A stretch of 63,011 nucleotides of DNA, the filler included. It is 7 parts of 7 records of this genome, joined end to end, with 100 filler letters (N's around TTAATTAATTAA, not from the genome) between each part and the next. Parts side by side here need not be neighbours in the genome. Positions count along the whole stretch, not along the records: positions 57,770 to 63,011 come from DRR723986_7089; 6 more parts are not named here. One strand, 5' to 3'. The notes below the pieces were generated by a model that worked only from the letters and a program-made list of their open reading frames with translations, did no database searches and was not told the origin of the DNA. The position numbers were made by a program, and so were the translations under genes. This document shows positions 61,057 through 63,011 of this stretch, piece by piece; positions within the stretch are counted from its first letter, which is position 1, and every line of letters starts with the position of its first letter.

Positions 61057-61695
61057 ATGCGACACATCTTTCCCGACCTTCGCCAAACTGCGATGGAAAC
61101 ACGCTTTGGCACCCTGCAAACGCATGCCTATGTGCTGGACCACGGCTTGGGCCGTGACTTGATTTACGTCGCTGAGGACCCCCAGAACCTGCAGGCCATC
61201 ACTGAAACCGGAGGTGTCGATCACATCTATCTCAGCCACAATCACGAGATTTCCAACGGACTTTTTGAAGCCCGCGATGTGCTGTCTTCCAAATTGGTGG
61301 GCCATGCCCAGATGCAGCCCCGCTTTCCCAACGGGAAAAGCTTGGATATCGCTCTTGATCTTGAGACGTCCGTCACTCTGCCAAGCGGACTCGAGGCGAT
61401 CTATACCCCCGGGCATACCGACAACAACATTTGCTATCGCTATGCCTCACCGCATGGCAAGACGTATCTCTTTACCGGTGACACTCTGTATCTGGATCAG
61501 GGGAAATGGCGCACCATTGTGATGCAAAAAGATGGCGGCGATCCCTCCGTGTTACGGGCCAGTCTCGCAGCGATGCGTGATCTCACGGTTGATGTCGTTA
61601 TCACCAGTGTGGCGGTGGGGGAAAACCGCATTGTAGCGGTGGACCGGACCGAATGGACCAACACCATAGATCATTTGATGGCTGATTTGGGATAA
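61057..61695 (+). CDS. Metallo-beta-lactamase-fold protein
   Basis: 'YLSHNHE', 'YTPGHT', 'YLFTGD'. Confidence 0.82.
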   Translation: MRHIFPDLRQTAMETRFGTLQTHAYVLDHGLGRDLIYVAEDPQNLQAITETGGVDHIYLSHNHEISNGLFEARDVLSSKLVGHAQMQPRFPNGKSLDIALDLETSVTLPSGLEAIYTPGHTDNNICYRYASPHGKTYLFTGDTLYLDQGKWRTIVMQKDGGDPSVLRASLAAMRDLTVDVVITSVAVGENRIVAVDRTEWTNTIDHLMADLG

Positions 61696-61711
61696 CCTTT
61701 GGCACCCAATC

Positions 61712-61747
61712 AAAAAAACGCCCCCGCGCAACAAAAGCGGGGGCGTT
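61712..61747. terminator. Terminator between convergent genes
   Basis: AACGCCCCCGC / GCGGGGGCGTT stem, with an A7 run giving a U-tract on the minus strand. Confidence 0.8.
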
Positions 61748-61777
61748 GAAACATTTATCACCCAGACGCGCCCCGGC

Positions 61778-63011
61778 TTAGCGCAATATTGGCACCTCGG
61801 GCGCGCGCTTGCCCTCAGCGGTCAAGGCAGGTGGCTGCAGCCCCCCTGTCGCCCAATCCAACAGCTCAACCGTGTGCACAATCGGCAGCTCGGTCCCTGA
61901 TCCGATCTGCATCATGCAGCCGATATTGCCAGCCGCGATCAGGTCTGGCTTCTTTGCCTCTAACGTGCGGATTTTACGGGTCTTGAGCTGCCCTGAAATC
62001 TCGGGCTGCATCAGGTTATAGGTGCCGGCACTGCCACAACACAGATGCGAATCCGCCGGTTCCACCACCTTGAACCCCGCCCGTTTTAGCAAGGTCTTGG
62101 GATGTGTCTTGATCTGCTGCCCATGTTGCAAGGAACACGCCGCATGATAGGCGATGGTCAGGCCTTTGTCGGCCCCCTCGGGCAGGTCCAGCGTCATCAA
62201 CAGCTCGCTGATATCCATCGCCGCGCCTGACACCCGCGCCGCGTCTGCTGCCAGCGTGTCATTGCGGAACATGTGGCCGTAATCCTTGACCGTGGTGCCG
62301 CAGCCCGAGGTGTTGATGACAATCGCGTCCAACCCTTGTCCATCCATCTCAGCCGTCCAGGCGCGGATGTTCTTGGCGGCGGTTTTGTGGCTTTCGTCAG
62401 ACTTGCCCATGTGATGGGTCAACGCGCCACAACACCCGGCCCCCTCGGCCACAACAACCTCGCAGCCCAACCGGGTCAACAATCGGATCGTTGCGTCATT
62501 GATATCCGTGTTCAACGCCTTTTGCGCGCACCCTGTCATCAACGCCACCCGTTTGACCCGTTGCCCTTTGGGGGCAAAGCTTTGCGGATCGTCGTTGCGG
62601 CTCACTGGCGGGATCGACTTTGGAGCCATTTCCAACATCGCCTTAAGCCGCGCATCCGGCATCAGGAACTTGAACGGGCGCCCGATCTTGGCCCCCAGCA
62701 ATGCAAGGCGGAACCGCTTGGGATACGGCAAGATCTGCGCCAGGATCCAACGCAAGGCCCGATCCGTAAAGGGACGCTGGTAATTCTGTTCGATGTACTC
62801 GCGCGCGTGATCCACCAGATGCATGTAATGCACCCCGGATGGGCAGGTGCTCATACAGGCCAAGCAACTTAGACACCGATCCACATGTTTGACGGTGGTT
62901 TCATCCGGAACCCGCTCGTTTTCCAGCATATCCTTGATCAGATAAATCCGGCCGCGCGGGCTGTCCAATTCATCCCCCAACACCTGATAGGTGGGGCAGG
63001 TCGCGGTGCAA
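61778..63011 (-). CDS. glcF: Glycolate oxidase iron-sulfur subunit (5' end outside window)
   Basis: 'CTATCPTY', 'DSPRGRIYL', 'CLSCLACMSTCPSGV', CCG domains. Confidence 0.95.
   Translation of the reverse strand, partial: CTATCPTYQVLGDELDSPRGRIYLIKDMLENERVPDETTVKHVDRCLSCLACMSTCPSGVHYMHLVDHAREYIEQNYQRPFTDRALRWILAQILPYPKRFRLALLGAKIGRPFKFLMPDARLKAMLEMAPKSIPPVSRNDDPQSFAPKGQRVKRVALMTGCAQKALNTDINDATIRLLTRLGCEVVVAEGAGCCGALTHHMGKSDESHKTAAKNIRAWTAEMDGQGLDAIVINTSGCGTTVKDYGHMFRNDTLAADAARVSGAAMDISELLMTLDLPEGADKGLTIAYHAACSLQHGQQIKTHPKTLLKRAGFKVVEPADSHLCCGSAGTYNLMQPEISGQLKTRKIRTLEAKKPDLIAAGNIGCMMQIGSGTELPIVHTVELLDWATGGLQPPALTAEGKRAPEVPILR

Overview
The window is not one locus. It is seven alphaproteobacterial contigs joined by identical artificial 100-nt linkers (N44-TTAATTAATTAA-N44), and their base composition differs enough that they probably come from more than one genome. 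(1) 1-8381: LacI-controlled sugar ABC importer with IolE-like, Gfo/Idh/MocA and DUF4432 catabolic genes. (2) 8482-29418: cobS/cobT, KefC, an Lrp regulator, a large PilM/GspL-like + PilP/GspC-like membrane protein, SIMPL, MetY, a GT8-like protein, 3-hydroxyanthranilate dioxygenase with a TRAP transporter, and RutR-controlled pyrimidine catabolism. (3) 29519-35851: Tad/Flp pilus genes with two pilins. (4) 35952-41087: very GC-rich acpS-lepB-rnc-[nuclease, DMT]-era. (5) 41188-49429: purA, a large acidic disordered protein, thiN, rpiA, gor, hflKC. (6) 49530-57669: APH-like kinase, dnaQ-coaE-aroE-maf-PSRP, a probable oriC, then hemE-hemJ-rho. (7) 57770-63011: globin, Hsp20 with a sigma32 promoter and ROSE-like UTR, a protease, a SoxR-DUF1330-MBL cassette and glcF. 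No CRISPR, rRNA, tRNA or transposase was seen. Most content is housekeeping. The best leads are the SoxR cassette with its anomalous start, the PilM-PilP-like fusion, the acidic scaffold-like protein, the 3-HAO/TRAP unit, the GT8-like orphan and the oriC. All family calls come from reading motifs, not from database searches.
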